From: Epithemia pelagica
Taxonomy: Eukaryota; Protista; Bacillariophyta
Assembly (NCBI GenBank): GCA_946965045.2
Contig: OX337235.1
Span: 1-64,000 of the forward strand
Direction of reading: 5' to 3'
DNA: 64,000 nucleotides
Of this stretch, positions 44,820 through 55,600 are shown piece after piece. The position numbers were made by a program, and so were the translations under genes. The number at the start of each line of letters is the position of its first letter. Position 1 is the first letter of the stretch. The notes under the pieces are model-generated. The model saw only the letters and a program-made list of their open reading frames with translations. It was not told where the DNA came from and made no database searches.

Positions 44820-46808
44820 ATGTGGAGTCGTTGTTGGAACCGTCCTCGGTCCTTTTTGTCGTCATCGACAGTGGCTCGATCCAAGAATCCCCTCTCCTCG
44901 GGCATTGCCAAGCGACGATGTGGCTTTGTGGCCGCTGTCGACAACATTTGGACCACCAACTCTTCCACAACAACAAGTAGTGGCATTCCCCTCTTGATCA
45001 ATGAACGCACGTTGGATCAAACGACGGCCAAATTGTATCATCGAGGACCGGATGGCCGTCACACGGCCCGGGGTTCCATCTTTACGTCTTCAACTTCGAC
45101 TCAAGCAGCAGCACAATGGTCCATGGGCCATCAACGCTTGGCCATTGTGGATCCGACCAATGCCCAAGCCGACATGCCGTTTGTCTTGACCTTTGGCGAT
45201 ACAACCGTTCGTTTGGTGGCCAATGGCGAAATTTACAATCACGAAGCCGTCTACGAGCAATTGGTGCAAGATCATGGCTGGACCTATCCCCGTCAATCGC
45301 ACTCGGATTGTGAAGTCATTGCCCATGCTTGTGCCTGTCTCGGACCCGAACAGGCCACGCGACTGCTCGATGGCATGTTTGCCTTTACCGTATTAATGGT
45401 CGAACAATCCTCGGCAACACCACCAACGGCTCGCTTGTTTTGTGCCCGCGATCCGGTCGGCATCAAGCCCTTGTACTATGGCATGACCACGAATGGACAA
45501 GCTCATGTCTTTGCTTCTGAACTCAAGGCCTTGGTCGGTCATGTCCAAGCCGATACCGTCACCGCCTTGCCGGCTGGTCATTATTGGTCGCCCGATCAGG
45601 GCTTGCAACGCTATTACGAACCGGCCTGGTTGTTGGACGATTCCTACCAACCAGCCGTTCCGCAACCGACGGACGACGAATTGCGCACCGCCTTTTCCAA
45701 GGCCATTCAAAAACGCATGATGGCCGATGTCGACTATGGCTTTTTTCTGTCGGGTGGCGTCGATTCCTGCATTGTCAGTCACGCATTAATGCCCCTCTAT
45801 CGACAAGCCACGGGCGACGATCGACCCATTCCCTGTTTTACCGTGGGCATGGAAGATTCGCCCGATTTAATGGCGGCAAAAGCCATGGTGCAAGCCTTGG
45901 GTTGCAGCAAGCATGTCGATCATCGACCGCGCATTTTTACTGGAGCCGAAGTCTTTGACTTGATTCCCAAAATTATCTATCACATGGAAACCTACGAAGC
46001 TGAATTGATTCGGAGCTCCATTCCCAATTGGCTCTTGGCCGAACGAGCCGGGGCCGATGTGAAAATGGTCTTGACGGGCGAAGGTGCCGATGAATTGTTT
46101 GCCGGATACTTGTATTTCATGGATGCCACGACGCCCGCTCAAGTCCAGACGGAATTGAAGCGCATTTATGCCAAACTCGGCGATATTAATTTGCATCGGA
46201 CCGATCGCATGACCATGGCGCATGGACTGGAAGCCCGCGTGCCCTTTTTGGATACTAAATTTACCGCCTTGGCCATGAGTGTCGATCCTGCGCGCAAAAT
46301 GGTCCATCGCGAGGCCGTGGCCAACAATGCGCCAGGACGGGAAAAAACCATGCTCCGTCAATTGTTTCAAGAACCGAATGCCAATGGTCATTCCATTCCG
46401 TCCGCCGTCTTGTGGCGCGCCAAGGCCATGCAATGCGAAGGCGTCGGAGAAGATTGGGTGTCGCAATTGCAAGAAAAAGTGTCGAGTTTGGTCACGGATG
46501 CCGAATTGGAACAAGCCGCCACGACCTATCCCTTGAATCCACCCCAAACCAAGGAAGAAGTCTATTATCGAAAATTGTTTAACGACTTTTATCCCCACAT
46601 GTCACATGTCGTGAATCCCTGGGAAGGTGGATGTCGCGCCGGGGGTGCCGCCTGGGAAAGCCAAGCCTATACCCGTACCGGATTGGGCAATACCAGTCTC
46701 TTGACCCATGCCTTTCAAAAAAAGTCATCGTCGACCACGCCAGCGGCGGCCTTTTCGACCTGGACGACCCAACGCCGATCCGTTTCGACCCGACCGGCAC
46801 TACACTGA
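44820..46808 (+). CDS. ASNS: Asparagine synthetase (glutamine-hydrolysing) with a 33-aa N-terminal presequence
   Basis: CGFVA, GHQRLAIVDP, NGEIYNH, SDCEVI, LDGMFAF, RDPVGIKPLYYG, LSGGVDS, VLTGEGADELFAGY and DRMTMAHGLEARVPFLD. Confidence 0.96.
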   Translation: MWSRCWNRPRSFLSSSTVARSKNPLSSGIAKRRCGFVAAVDNIWTTNSSTTTSSGIPLLINERTLDQTTAKLYHRGPDGRHTARGSIFTSSTSTQAAAQWSMGHQRLAIVDPTNAQADMPFVLTFGDTTVRLVANGEIYNHEAVYEQLVQDHGWTYPRQSHSDCEVIAHACACLGPEQATRLLDGMFAFTVLMVEQSSATPPTARLFCARDPVGIKPLYYGMTTNGQAHVFASELKALVGHVQADTVTALPAGHYWSPDQGLQRYYEPAWLLDDSYQPAVPQPTDDELRTAFSKAIQKRMMADVDYGFFLSGGVDSCIVSHALMPLYRQATGDDRPIPCFTVGMEDSPDLMAAKAMVQALGCSKHVDHRPRIFTGAEVFDLIPKIIYHMETYEAELIRSSIPNWLLAERAGADVKMVLTGEGADELFAGYLYFMDATTPAQVQTELKRIYAKLGDINLHRTDRMTMAHGLEARVPFLDTKFTALAMSVDPARKMVHREAVANNAPGREKTMLRQLFQEPNANGHSIPSAVLWRAKAMQCEGVGEDWVSQLQEKVSSLVTDAELEQAATTYPLNPPQTKEEVYYRKLFNDFYPHMSHVVNPWEGGCRAGGAAWESQAYTRTGLGNTSLLTHAFQKKSSSTTPAAAFSTWTTQRRSVSTRPALH

Positions 46809-47926
46809 GAACATGCCTCCTCCTCGATACACGAGCAACCGCAGTTTGAGAGTGCCATGGTTCGTCCCAGTCATTCCCTGTATGATCCTATTATTATTAT
46901 TATTACTATCAAGAGCAGCACTGCCAAGAGACGAGATTGCGTACGGAACATTGGTCTGAGTTTCACAGTCGGCATTTTTCCGAGGCCTTTTCACTATATA
47001 TTCCTGTCCAAACGAACGCATCTTTACCCATCATTGCGACAGCCATGGCGAATACATGCCCGGCATGTGGTCGCTTGCCAGTTATTCCAGGAGTGTATAT
47101 CCTCCTCCGCAAAACCTCGACGACAACGACCAGCCGCAGTGGAACCCGAACGACACACACACACACACACACAAGTCCTCGATCGCCACCAAGCATTAGC
47201 AGTTTGAGTGGTTCGCCACATTGCAATAGTCACAATCCCTACAATAAGGAATCCAACCACAACCACAACCACAGAGAACTTGCCATGCTATATAGACTAC
47301 CGAATACTATAGGACTTGATCCACTACTGGTATAGATCATCATCCAAGCGATCGATTCCGCTCGTGTGCCCTATAGTGACTGTTCCAGAGTAGTTGCACA
47401 CACACACACACACACAATCCACGTCGTGTCATGTCTATCTACCTACCTAGTTCGTTTTGGAGGGAGCAACACGGCAACAGGTTCTTGTCGTCCACAGAGT
47501 TGCAACCACCATACCAGTGTTTTTTGTGTGGAAGCGGTTTGGGCAATTCTTCTTCTTCTTGCCAACAAAAAGTCAATTCGACAAACTGGAACCAGTGGGC
47601 GTTGTTTGTGGTTGTCCCGTTGTGGCAGCAAACGAGAATTTGCGGTGGTTGGATTGGTTGGGTCGAGACCGTGGCACACCCACACACACACACACAAGAC
47701 ACGATTTTTTTTCTTCTTCTTCTTCTTCTTCTTCTCTTCCAAAAAGGCGCCAATGGTTGGTGTTCTTCGGGCGAGGGTTGCTTCATTTTGTTACATGTTG
47801 TTGTTGTTGTTGTTGTTTCGTTGAGTGGTGGCTTGATCCAAGTGACCACCGCCAAGTTGGACGGCACTGGAGGAGCTATTCCTCCTCTCGTTCGTTCTTC
47901 TTGTTCTTGGTGATGTGTCGTCGTTG

Positions 47927-49819
47927 TTAGTGTGGATAGTGGTCGTCGTCATGTTTCTTGGTTTGGGTGTGGTGGGGTGATGATGATGATGCGTGTTTGG
48001 GTGGTTGTGTTTGTGGTGCGGGTTGTTGATTGCTGTACCAGACCAGAGTGACGGTACCGGTCGTGACCAGGACATTGCCGGTCCACCCGGTAAGTCCAGG
48101 CCAGGGACTGACATGGGCAAGACTGGCCAAGACTTCGGCCACGACGGGTTCCATGAGGGCTGCCACGGCAATGACGAGCGGATCCAAATATTGCAAGCAA
48201 TGGGCATAGCCCATGACACCGCCCACATTGCACAAGAGGACCAAGACCAGTTCGAGCGGTAAGCGATCCATGCGAGCAAAACTGAGCCATCCCCACAAGC
48301 CGTGATTGGGATTGGCATCCCAGGTCACGACCGGGACGCCACCTGGTTGTGCGTCATTGGTTTCAGAAGTCATGGTTGTCGTCGTCGTGGTGGTCAACGA
48401 AATCCACACCAAGGCATAGAGAGAACTGCCGGCCATGACGGACCATAAAAACAAGGGCAAATTGGTCATTTTTCGTCGAATTTCCTTGGCCAAGGTGAGG
48501 TATCCCACACCGGCAATACTGGACACGAGGGCAAAGGCATTGCCGACCATGGTCCACCACAGGGCGGCCCACAAGGATGATGAATTGGACGAGTCGGTTT
48601 GGTAATGATCGTGAACTGTCGCAATGGCATCAATGCCATGTCGATGATGATGGTGATGATGCGATCGATGCGAGGCGGCATGAGGATCCATGAGTTCGTT
48701 AGTGTCCAAAGTACTACTGCTGCTGGTCGTGGTTGCCGTGGCGGCAGCGGAATCGTGCGAGCACAGGAGCACGCCGCCAAAGGCCACGAGGGCGCCTCCG
48801 GCTTCCCAGACCGACACGGGTTGCTTCCAGCAAAAGACTTTGAGGACGAGCAAGACGAGGGATTGGGCATTGCTCCAACTCACGGCATTGCCAACGGTCG
48901 TATATTGCAAGGCCAAGACAAAGCAGACAATTTGACAAGTATAAAAAAAGGAAATGAGGGCCAAGCGGGGGAGGAGGAACCACCTTGGAGGAGTGCTGGA
49001 ATTGGACTTTGTAGGAGCCGCGGCGCTTGGTGTCGTGGTTATCTTTGTGGTCGTGGCATGCCACCAGAGCGCAAGGGGACTCAGTACCAGACTGGTGGCC
49101 GTGGTACGCCAAAAGACCTTGAGGACCGGTGTCGAAACGGAATGTTGCAATTCCAACAAGGGTCCAATGGCCGACAAGGAAACCGTGGCCAATAAGAGTA
49201 AAATGTAGACACTGGTAGGAACGGCCGACGATGGAGTGGGCGTGGTTGGAAAAGTAGTTGTTGCTTTGGAGGAGGAACCAAGGTCCACGGTAGAGTGTTC
49301 CAGTGCTGCGGTTGGTGGGTCCTGGCTTCCTTCCAGAGACGACGACAAGATGGGTATCAATTGTTGTTCTTCTTCCAAACTATACAAGTCTGTCCCCGAA
49401 TCGTACGAGTGCAAATCGTCCGGGTCCGACAAGGAGGCGGCTGTTGTCGTAGTATGATTGTGAGAATTTGGATTGACCAGGGCAATGCCCCCACTGTTGG
49501 TGGAACGATTGTGATTGTTCTGGGAAGAACCCAGGAATGTGGAAGAAACCCAGCCATACCACCAGGACCGAACAGGAGGAGAAGGGTTTCTCCTTGACGA
49601 ATGGATCGTCGTCGCATGATGATTGTTATTGATCATGGGATCACTGGTTTTTCGTTTCATGGGACGTTTGCGTCGTCGTCGTTGGGGGGAAGGATGATGA
49701 TGAGGCATGGTGGATTCGGTCAAGGAGGAGGAATGTGCCGACGTCGATCGATGCGTGACGGTCGTGCTGGGTATTGGAATGGACGACGATCCCATACTAC
49801 TCGTTGCGGAAGAGTCCAT
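47927..49819 (-). CDS. EamA/DMT-family transporter
   Basis: Two EamA-like halves (KVFWR..., ALQYTTVGNAV; GNAFALVSSIAGVGY, LQYLDPLVIAVAALMEPV). Probable start MDSS at 49819. Confidence 0.85.
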   Translation of the reverse strand: MDSSATSSMGSSSIPIPSTTVTHRSTSAHSSSLTESTMPHHHPSPQRRRRKRPMKRKTSDPMINNNHHATTIHSSRRNPSPPVRSWWYGWVSSTFLGSSQNNHNRSTNSGGIALVNPNSHNHTTTTAASLSDPDDLHSYDSGTDLYSLEEEQQLIPILSSSLEGSQDPPTAALEHSTVDLGSSSKATTTFPTTPTPSSAVPTSVYILLLLATVSLSAIGPLLELQHSVSTPVLKVFWRTTATSLVLSPLALWWHATTTKITTTPSAAAPTKSNSSTPPRWFLLPRLALISFFYTCQIVCFVLALQYTTVGNAVSWSNAQSLVLLVLKVFCWKQPVSVWEAGGALVAFGGVLLCSHDSAAATATTTSSSSTLDTNELMDPHAASHRSHHHHHHRHGIDAIATVHDHYQTDSSNSSSLWAALWWTMVGNAFALVSSIAGVGYLTLAKEIRRKMTNLPLFLWSVMAGSSLYALVWISLTTTTTTTMTSETNDAQPGGVPVVTWDANPNHGLWGWLSFARMDRLPLELVLVLLCNVGGVMGYAHCLQYLDPLVIAVAALMEPVVAEVLASLAHVSPWPGLTGWTGNVLVTTGTVTLVWYSNQQPAPQTQPPKHASSSSPHHTQTKKHDDDHYPH

Positions 49820-50615
49820 TGTGTCGTTGGTCCTTCTTCTTTTGGGGTTTGCCGATCGATTGGACAATCCTCTGGAGAGTGGAGTTGTTGTGTTATCTCG
49901 TCGTTGTTGTGGTTCGAGAGAGAGAGGAGAGAAGACCAAAGACCGCATGCACGTTGCGCAAGCCACGTATCTACCAAAGATTCGCCTTGGGGCTTGGTCA
50001 TTGTGACTGTCTGTGCGGTCATATCGGAAGAGCGGACAGACGCCTTGATATCGGATGCACGGACAGACGAATGATGACGCGGTCGGATCGACGGACTTGT
50101 GGGGGGCTGACTGACACCAGATCATCCCCCACAGCCCAAACGTGAGGTGGCATCCTTCGTGCCACTAATACGGAGCGTCTCCGAAAGAGTCATGATGAGT
50201 ATGGCAAGAAGTAGGTGGTTTCTCTCCCCGGGACGAGGAGTAGAAGTGAGAACCGTGAGAACAACAAAGAGAACCGAACACAAACGATCCCCTTCCTGTG
50301 CTCGCCAGAACACGAACCAAAAAAACACAACCGTTCTGCTGGCAGTGCCTTTACACCTCTTTGGCAAAACACACCACCAACCAACCAAGCAGCATCGCCA
50401 CAACGAGAACAGCAGCGTCAGGCACGAGCCACGGTGACTGTTGTCGAGTCGGTTGGAGTGCCGTTGTGTCGTATTGTTTGGACTCTTTGGACCAATCACG
50501 TTCTCTCTCCCTGTCTCGGTTGGTCTGGACACTCCCACTACTACTTGTCCTTCTTTGGGACGTGAACGTTACACCATTGCCTCACGAAGAAATTCAGAGT
50601 TTTACCTTCACCATA

Positions 50616-52091
50616 ATGGCTACAACCCAACCAAACAACAACTACTCCTACCACAACCACAAGAATCCAATGGCTTCCTCCTTGCCCTTTCCGTACAGTC
50701 CTCGACGCAACATTATTTTTGGAACGCATCCATCGTCGTCGTCGTCATTCGTGTCGTCTTGGAAGGAACCAGCACTGCAGTTCCAGCAGCAGCCACAACA
50801 CGCAGGGCAAGAACCACCACCACGACGACGACAAGTGTATCACAGCCATTCTTGGAACCCTCTGTCGTCGAATGACAAACCACCCTGCAACGCACCACCT
50901 CCAGCAGCAGCAGCACCTCCCGAATGGTCCGTCGTAGTACCACCTCCTCCGGTTGTGGTCTTGGACCACAACCAGAACCACCACCCAAAGTCCTGGACCA
51001 ACCACCACCACAACCACAATAATAATAAGAACGTCACACCACCACCACCAACTACAACAACACCGTTTGATGGCTGGTTGGAACTCTCCTGCTCTTTGTC
51101 ATCATCATCCTTGTGCTCTGTCACGTGCGATTCCTCCAGTGTCGGTACGCATCCGTCCGTGTCGTCGTCGTCCTGCTATTACGACGACCATGCGTGTCCG
51201 GTTCACCACCACCACCCCAAAAAGAAAACGGTACGGTGGAACGAGGCTGGCAATCAATGGCATGAGGCGCCCGACCACGACAAGAATGATAACCACAACC
51301 ACAATTCACCGTTCTTGATGTGGTATAGGGCAAAGGACTATGAACGATTTACCAAAGAGTACTACGATCAAGCAGTTGTGCGAGCCTTGCAACAGCAACC
51401 ACAACAATTGTATTGGTTGGAGGACGAGGCACGCATCCGCTTGTCGCACGTATTTCGACAGTGCAGTAATCGCCGCCATTCGAGAAATCACCACCAACAA
51501 CACAATTCTCCCACAGCTCACACGGATACGAGTAGTAGTGACAATGAGGAGAAGGATGATACCAGCACATCGACCGAGGACTTGGCCCTCTTGTATTATG
51601 ATTGGAAAAATGATTCGGATCATTCTTCCAACAACAACAATGACAATGACGACGAACCAGAAACCTTGGTGGGCTTGGAAGACGTGTGGTTGACCGCCTC
51701 GTGTCGATTGCAAGGCCGCGTCCGATCCAATGCCTGGCATCGTTTTGTGGTGGAACGACTCCCCGAACTGGAATCGACGACTGCAACAACGACTGTCGTT
51801 TCAGGAGTCCGAACACGACAATCCGCATCTTCCACGAAACAAGAACAACAAAACACTAGTTCTCCTCGCCACTCGGGGCGTCGCCGTCGCCGTACCAATC
51901 GCCGGCAATCACTGCACGAGGCCAGTCAAACCTTGTGCCTCCCCGCTCAACGCTTTGCCCATGCCATTGCCCAGGGTCTAGCGCTGGCGTTGGATTGGCA
52001 AGATGAACAAGAAGAAGAAGCAGTACAACAACAACAAGAACAAGAACAAGAACATGAACAACAACAAGACGACGACGAACCGCACTCCTGA
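50616..52091 (+). CDS. Diatom-type low-complexity protein with KTVRW (RVxF-like), WY...DY..F and GLE motifs
   Basis: ORF 50298-52091, probable start MATT at 50616. Motif order KKTVRW - MWYRAKDYERF - GLED. Confidence 0.75.
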   Translation: MATTQPNNNYSYHNHKNPMASSLPFPYSPRRNIIFGTHPSSSSSFVSSWKEPALQFQQQPQHAGQEPPPRRRQVYHSHSWNPLSSNDKPPCNAPPPAAAAPPEWSVVVPPPPVVVLDHNQNHHPKSWTNHHHNHNNNKNVTPPPPTTTTPFDGWLELSCSLSSSSLCSVTCDSSSVGTHPSVSSSSCYYDDHACPVHHHHPKKKTVRWNEAGNQWHEAPDHDKNDNHNHNSPFLMWYRAKDYERFTKEYYDQAVVRALQQQPQQLYWLEDEARIRLSHVFRQCSNRRHSRNHHQQHNSPTAHTDTSSSDNEEKDDTSTSTEDLALLYYDWKNDSDHSSNNNNDNDDEPETLVGLEDVWLTASCRLQGRVRSNAWHRFVVERLPELESTTATTTVVSGVRTRQSASSTKQEQQNTSSPRHSGRRRRRTNRRQSLHEASQTLCLPAQRFAHAIAQGLALALDWQDEQEEEAVQQQQEQEQEHEQQQDDDEPHS

Positions 52092-52671
52092 GTCATGTGT
52101 GTGTCTTGTACAATTGCCTGCTTCTTATAGAGACACCAATCTCTTGGAGTCGTAACCAGGGAACGTGCGATGATGATGATGATGATGATAATGATGATAC
52201 GGCAGGGACAGTTTTGGTTTTCAGAGTGTGCTGGGACACGTTTCGCCCCAACGACCAAACACAATCTCCAAACACAACCACAACAACAAAACCGCGTTCC
52301 CCACAGTGTCGTCGTCTTTCATCCTTTGCGCAAGAGGCCAAGTGAGTGAAACCTGTGGTTGTGCGTACAAATCCGCCAGTCGAACGCTTTGCACAAGCCG
52401 TGACACAGAGGGCTTGGTGTGCTGGCCTTTTGGAATGACACAAGACAAACAACACGAACACAGGATCCCGACAACAGCACTCCACACTCTAGTTTCTTGT
52501 CACAAGATGATGTACAACACATACACAAGAATATACCAAGTAGAATTGTAGATTATTATGCTATAGAAATTCTCTGAAGCTATAGAAATTCTCTGAAATG
52601 TATGTGTATATATGGTTGTGAGTGAGTTGTGTAGAATAGAGGAGCCGACCGCATAGGCGTGATGCCTTGGT

Positions 52672-55600
52672 TTAGAGTTCTAGGAACTCATGCATGGATC
52701 CAGCTTCGGCCAAAATGTTATCAAATTCCGACATGTCATCCAAATCAATGTGGGCCCGTCCTAGCATGTGGGTAAAATCTTCGGAAGCATTGCTGCTGGT
52801 GGTTGCAGCACCAGCTGCACTCGCACTAGCCGTCGTTGTGGCGCCCCTCCCCCCGGTTGAAGCAGCAGCAGCCGCCGCGGCGGAAGAGGAGGCATCGGAG
52901 GAGGAAAAGCGATCCAAGGGATGGATGGAGGAATTCCGTACAATCGCCGAAGCCGACGATGGTGTTCCATGAGACTCTTCTCCTTGCTGCGAGTAATCCT
53001 CCATGGGTGGAATAAGGTGGTGTCGTTCTTGTCGCAACTGCTCTTCCCGTTCTTCTTCTTGTCGTCGCAGTTTGCGTTCTTCTTGTTCCCGACGCTGCAA
53101 TTCTTGTTGCTTCCGTTGCTCTTGTTGTGCTTGTCGTTGTTTTTGTTGTTCCTTCATACGACGATGGGCATTAATCTGAGAAGCCAACGATGAGTCTGTG
53201 GCATAGTAGTCATCCGTATCATTGCCATCATCATCTTGGTCGTCATCGGCATCGCCACCGGCATCTCGTTCCTCTTGTGTGGTCAAGTCAATAAAGGTTT
53301 GCGATGGTGGATCTCGTTTCTTGCGTCGTGAGGAACGTCTGGGCCGGGGACCTGGTGCTCGTCGAGGAAGAGGTGTCATGGCTTTTTCCGATTCCTCTGG
53401 TAATGAAGCATGTGACTGTAAGCGAGGCTGTTGCAAGGAGGAGAATTCGTCGTGGCGGAATCGCGGTGTGTCGTATTGTTGTTGTTGTTGCTTGGGAAGA
53501 ACCGAACCCCGGGCCGTCCGTGCCACCTTTCTTCGAATTTCCATGGACACGGGAATGTCCTCCTCCAATGGCCAGGGTAGATTCTCCATCATTGTGTTAT
53601 TGGTGTTGTGTCTTGAATAAGTGTCTTGTGGTTCTTCGGCAAAGGGGTCTTGCTGTTGTTTGGTTGATTTGCGAGTTTTTCCTCCCATGATCGACCAGTC
53701 TCTCTCATCGCTGTTCCGGTCGGAAGCGCTGGACAGTGTGTGGTAAGTGCTGGCCATTGCTTCGGGAGAAAGGGGTTGTGTGGTACTGGTGGAACGATCG
53801 GGGGGAGAATAAGGTGCTTTGCCCGGTGGGGAAGGACTTCGACTGTTCTTGTGGTTGTTTCCTGCTCGGATGTGACCATCGAGGGCAGTTACCGATCGTA
53901 ACTCGTCACTATCGTCTTCATTCGACATGCTTTTGATCCATGACAAACAGGCATTGTCCAGAGCCCGGCCCATGTGCTCTTCCAAGATGCCGCCCCTTGT
54001 CTTTTTGGTCTTTGCAGTCTCTCTGCGAGGCCGCCTTGTTCCAATTGCACCAGGAACCATGGATGTTCCAATGCTCTCCTCTTGACGTGACGATGACATG
54101 GAGGATTCAAGGTCGTTACGGACAGTGGTGGTCATTCCTTTCAAGTTCTGAAGCAAGGCAAAGGAATCCATTGATGTGTGTTGTGAACCAATTTCGGCGC
54201 AAAGAAGTCGTTCTTCCAAATCACACAATCGCAGCAACAGCTTTCGTTTCTCCAGCAGTGATCGTACGCCTTGACTTTCGTCGTCATCATCTACAATATC
54301 CTCGTACAGTTTGTCCCGAACCTCGTTCCCCTTTGCAGTCACTTGCTTGACTCGGTTGTGAAGCTCGGCTAATTTTTTGGCCTCTTCCAACAGCCTGACC
54401 TTCAAGCCAGTGACATTTTTGTCCTCCATAAACTTTCCGGAATGATCCAACTGAAAAGCCACGTCTTCCCACACACCTTCGGCTGCATTCCATACCTGTA
54501 AGGTGTCGTGTTCGGGATCAAACGCCTCTTCAGCGTGTTCAGAATGAGAAAGCCGACTCACAGAGAGTTCGTCAAATAAGTCTCCATATCTGGTATCAGT
54601 ACGTTCATCATCATCCACCTCATTTTCCCCACCAAATGAATCCTGGCTCACACTACCTGTTCGAGCTGCCGATGAGTCTGATTTCGAATGCCGTTTGCGG
54701 CCATACTTTTCGGGAACGCTGGACAAGTCGGTGACATCCGGTGGCGATAACGACTTGGTAGTATTCGAAACCACTCCCGTACAGTCCGAATCTCGTGAAG
54801 TCACAGAAGAGTGGTCTGGAACTCGTTCTGGTTCGCTAAGCAACAAGGAGAGGGAGCTATTTTCAATGCTGACCGTTTCATTCCGATGATCTTTTGAATC
54901 ATCTTGGTTTTGCATGGCATCGACTGGAGATGATGATGTAAAAACGGATGCACTGGAATCATCTCGACTCCTCTGTTCATTTGCAACTGTTCTCGACTTT
55001 TGGTCATCAGCGGGCTGGAAAAACATGAGAGGGGCTCCTTGTGATTCATCACGGACTTGCGCCTTAGTATGATCTTTGCCGGTGACATGATCCTCTTCCC
55101 GAGACATCCCAGATAAATAAACCGAACTTCTTTGTGTATCCGAGCCGCTCGTTGCCTCGTCTTGACTGTCTTCTGCCGCAGATGTCGTGACAGTCCAAAA
55201 TACTCTGGATCCGTCCTCTTCCGTTTCGGTCTTTAGACCACAAAATTTGGTATTGGGATCATAGTGAGAGTACAGAGTCTTGAGCACCGACATCTCTCCT
55301 CCCCACTCGGTTCTGCCATGCAACGGCGTGTTATGTCGCTTTTCTTTCGATGGAATCTGCGCTGTGAAATCCAGCATGCCTTCCTTGAGATCCTGATATT
55401 CGTTGTACTCATCAGCATCTTTGCTGTAATTTCTGGCACGGATCTGATGATCAATGTCTTTCGCGAACGCTTCCCAATGCTGAGGAACTGCCGTGATGCT
55501 GTCGTCCAGAAGTGATGTCGCAAGTAGCGATAAGGCTTTTTCTCCCCGCATCTGGATCATCCCAACAAGCATAAGGGGCAAAAGTCCTGAAACCACTGTC

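Noticed and set aside
46809-47335. Read-through or fused domain downstream of ASNS
   Set aside because: ORFs after the stop show no recognisable domain.
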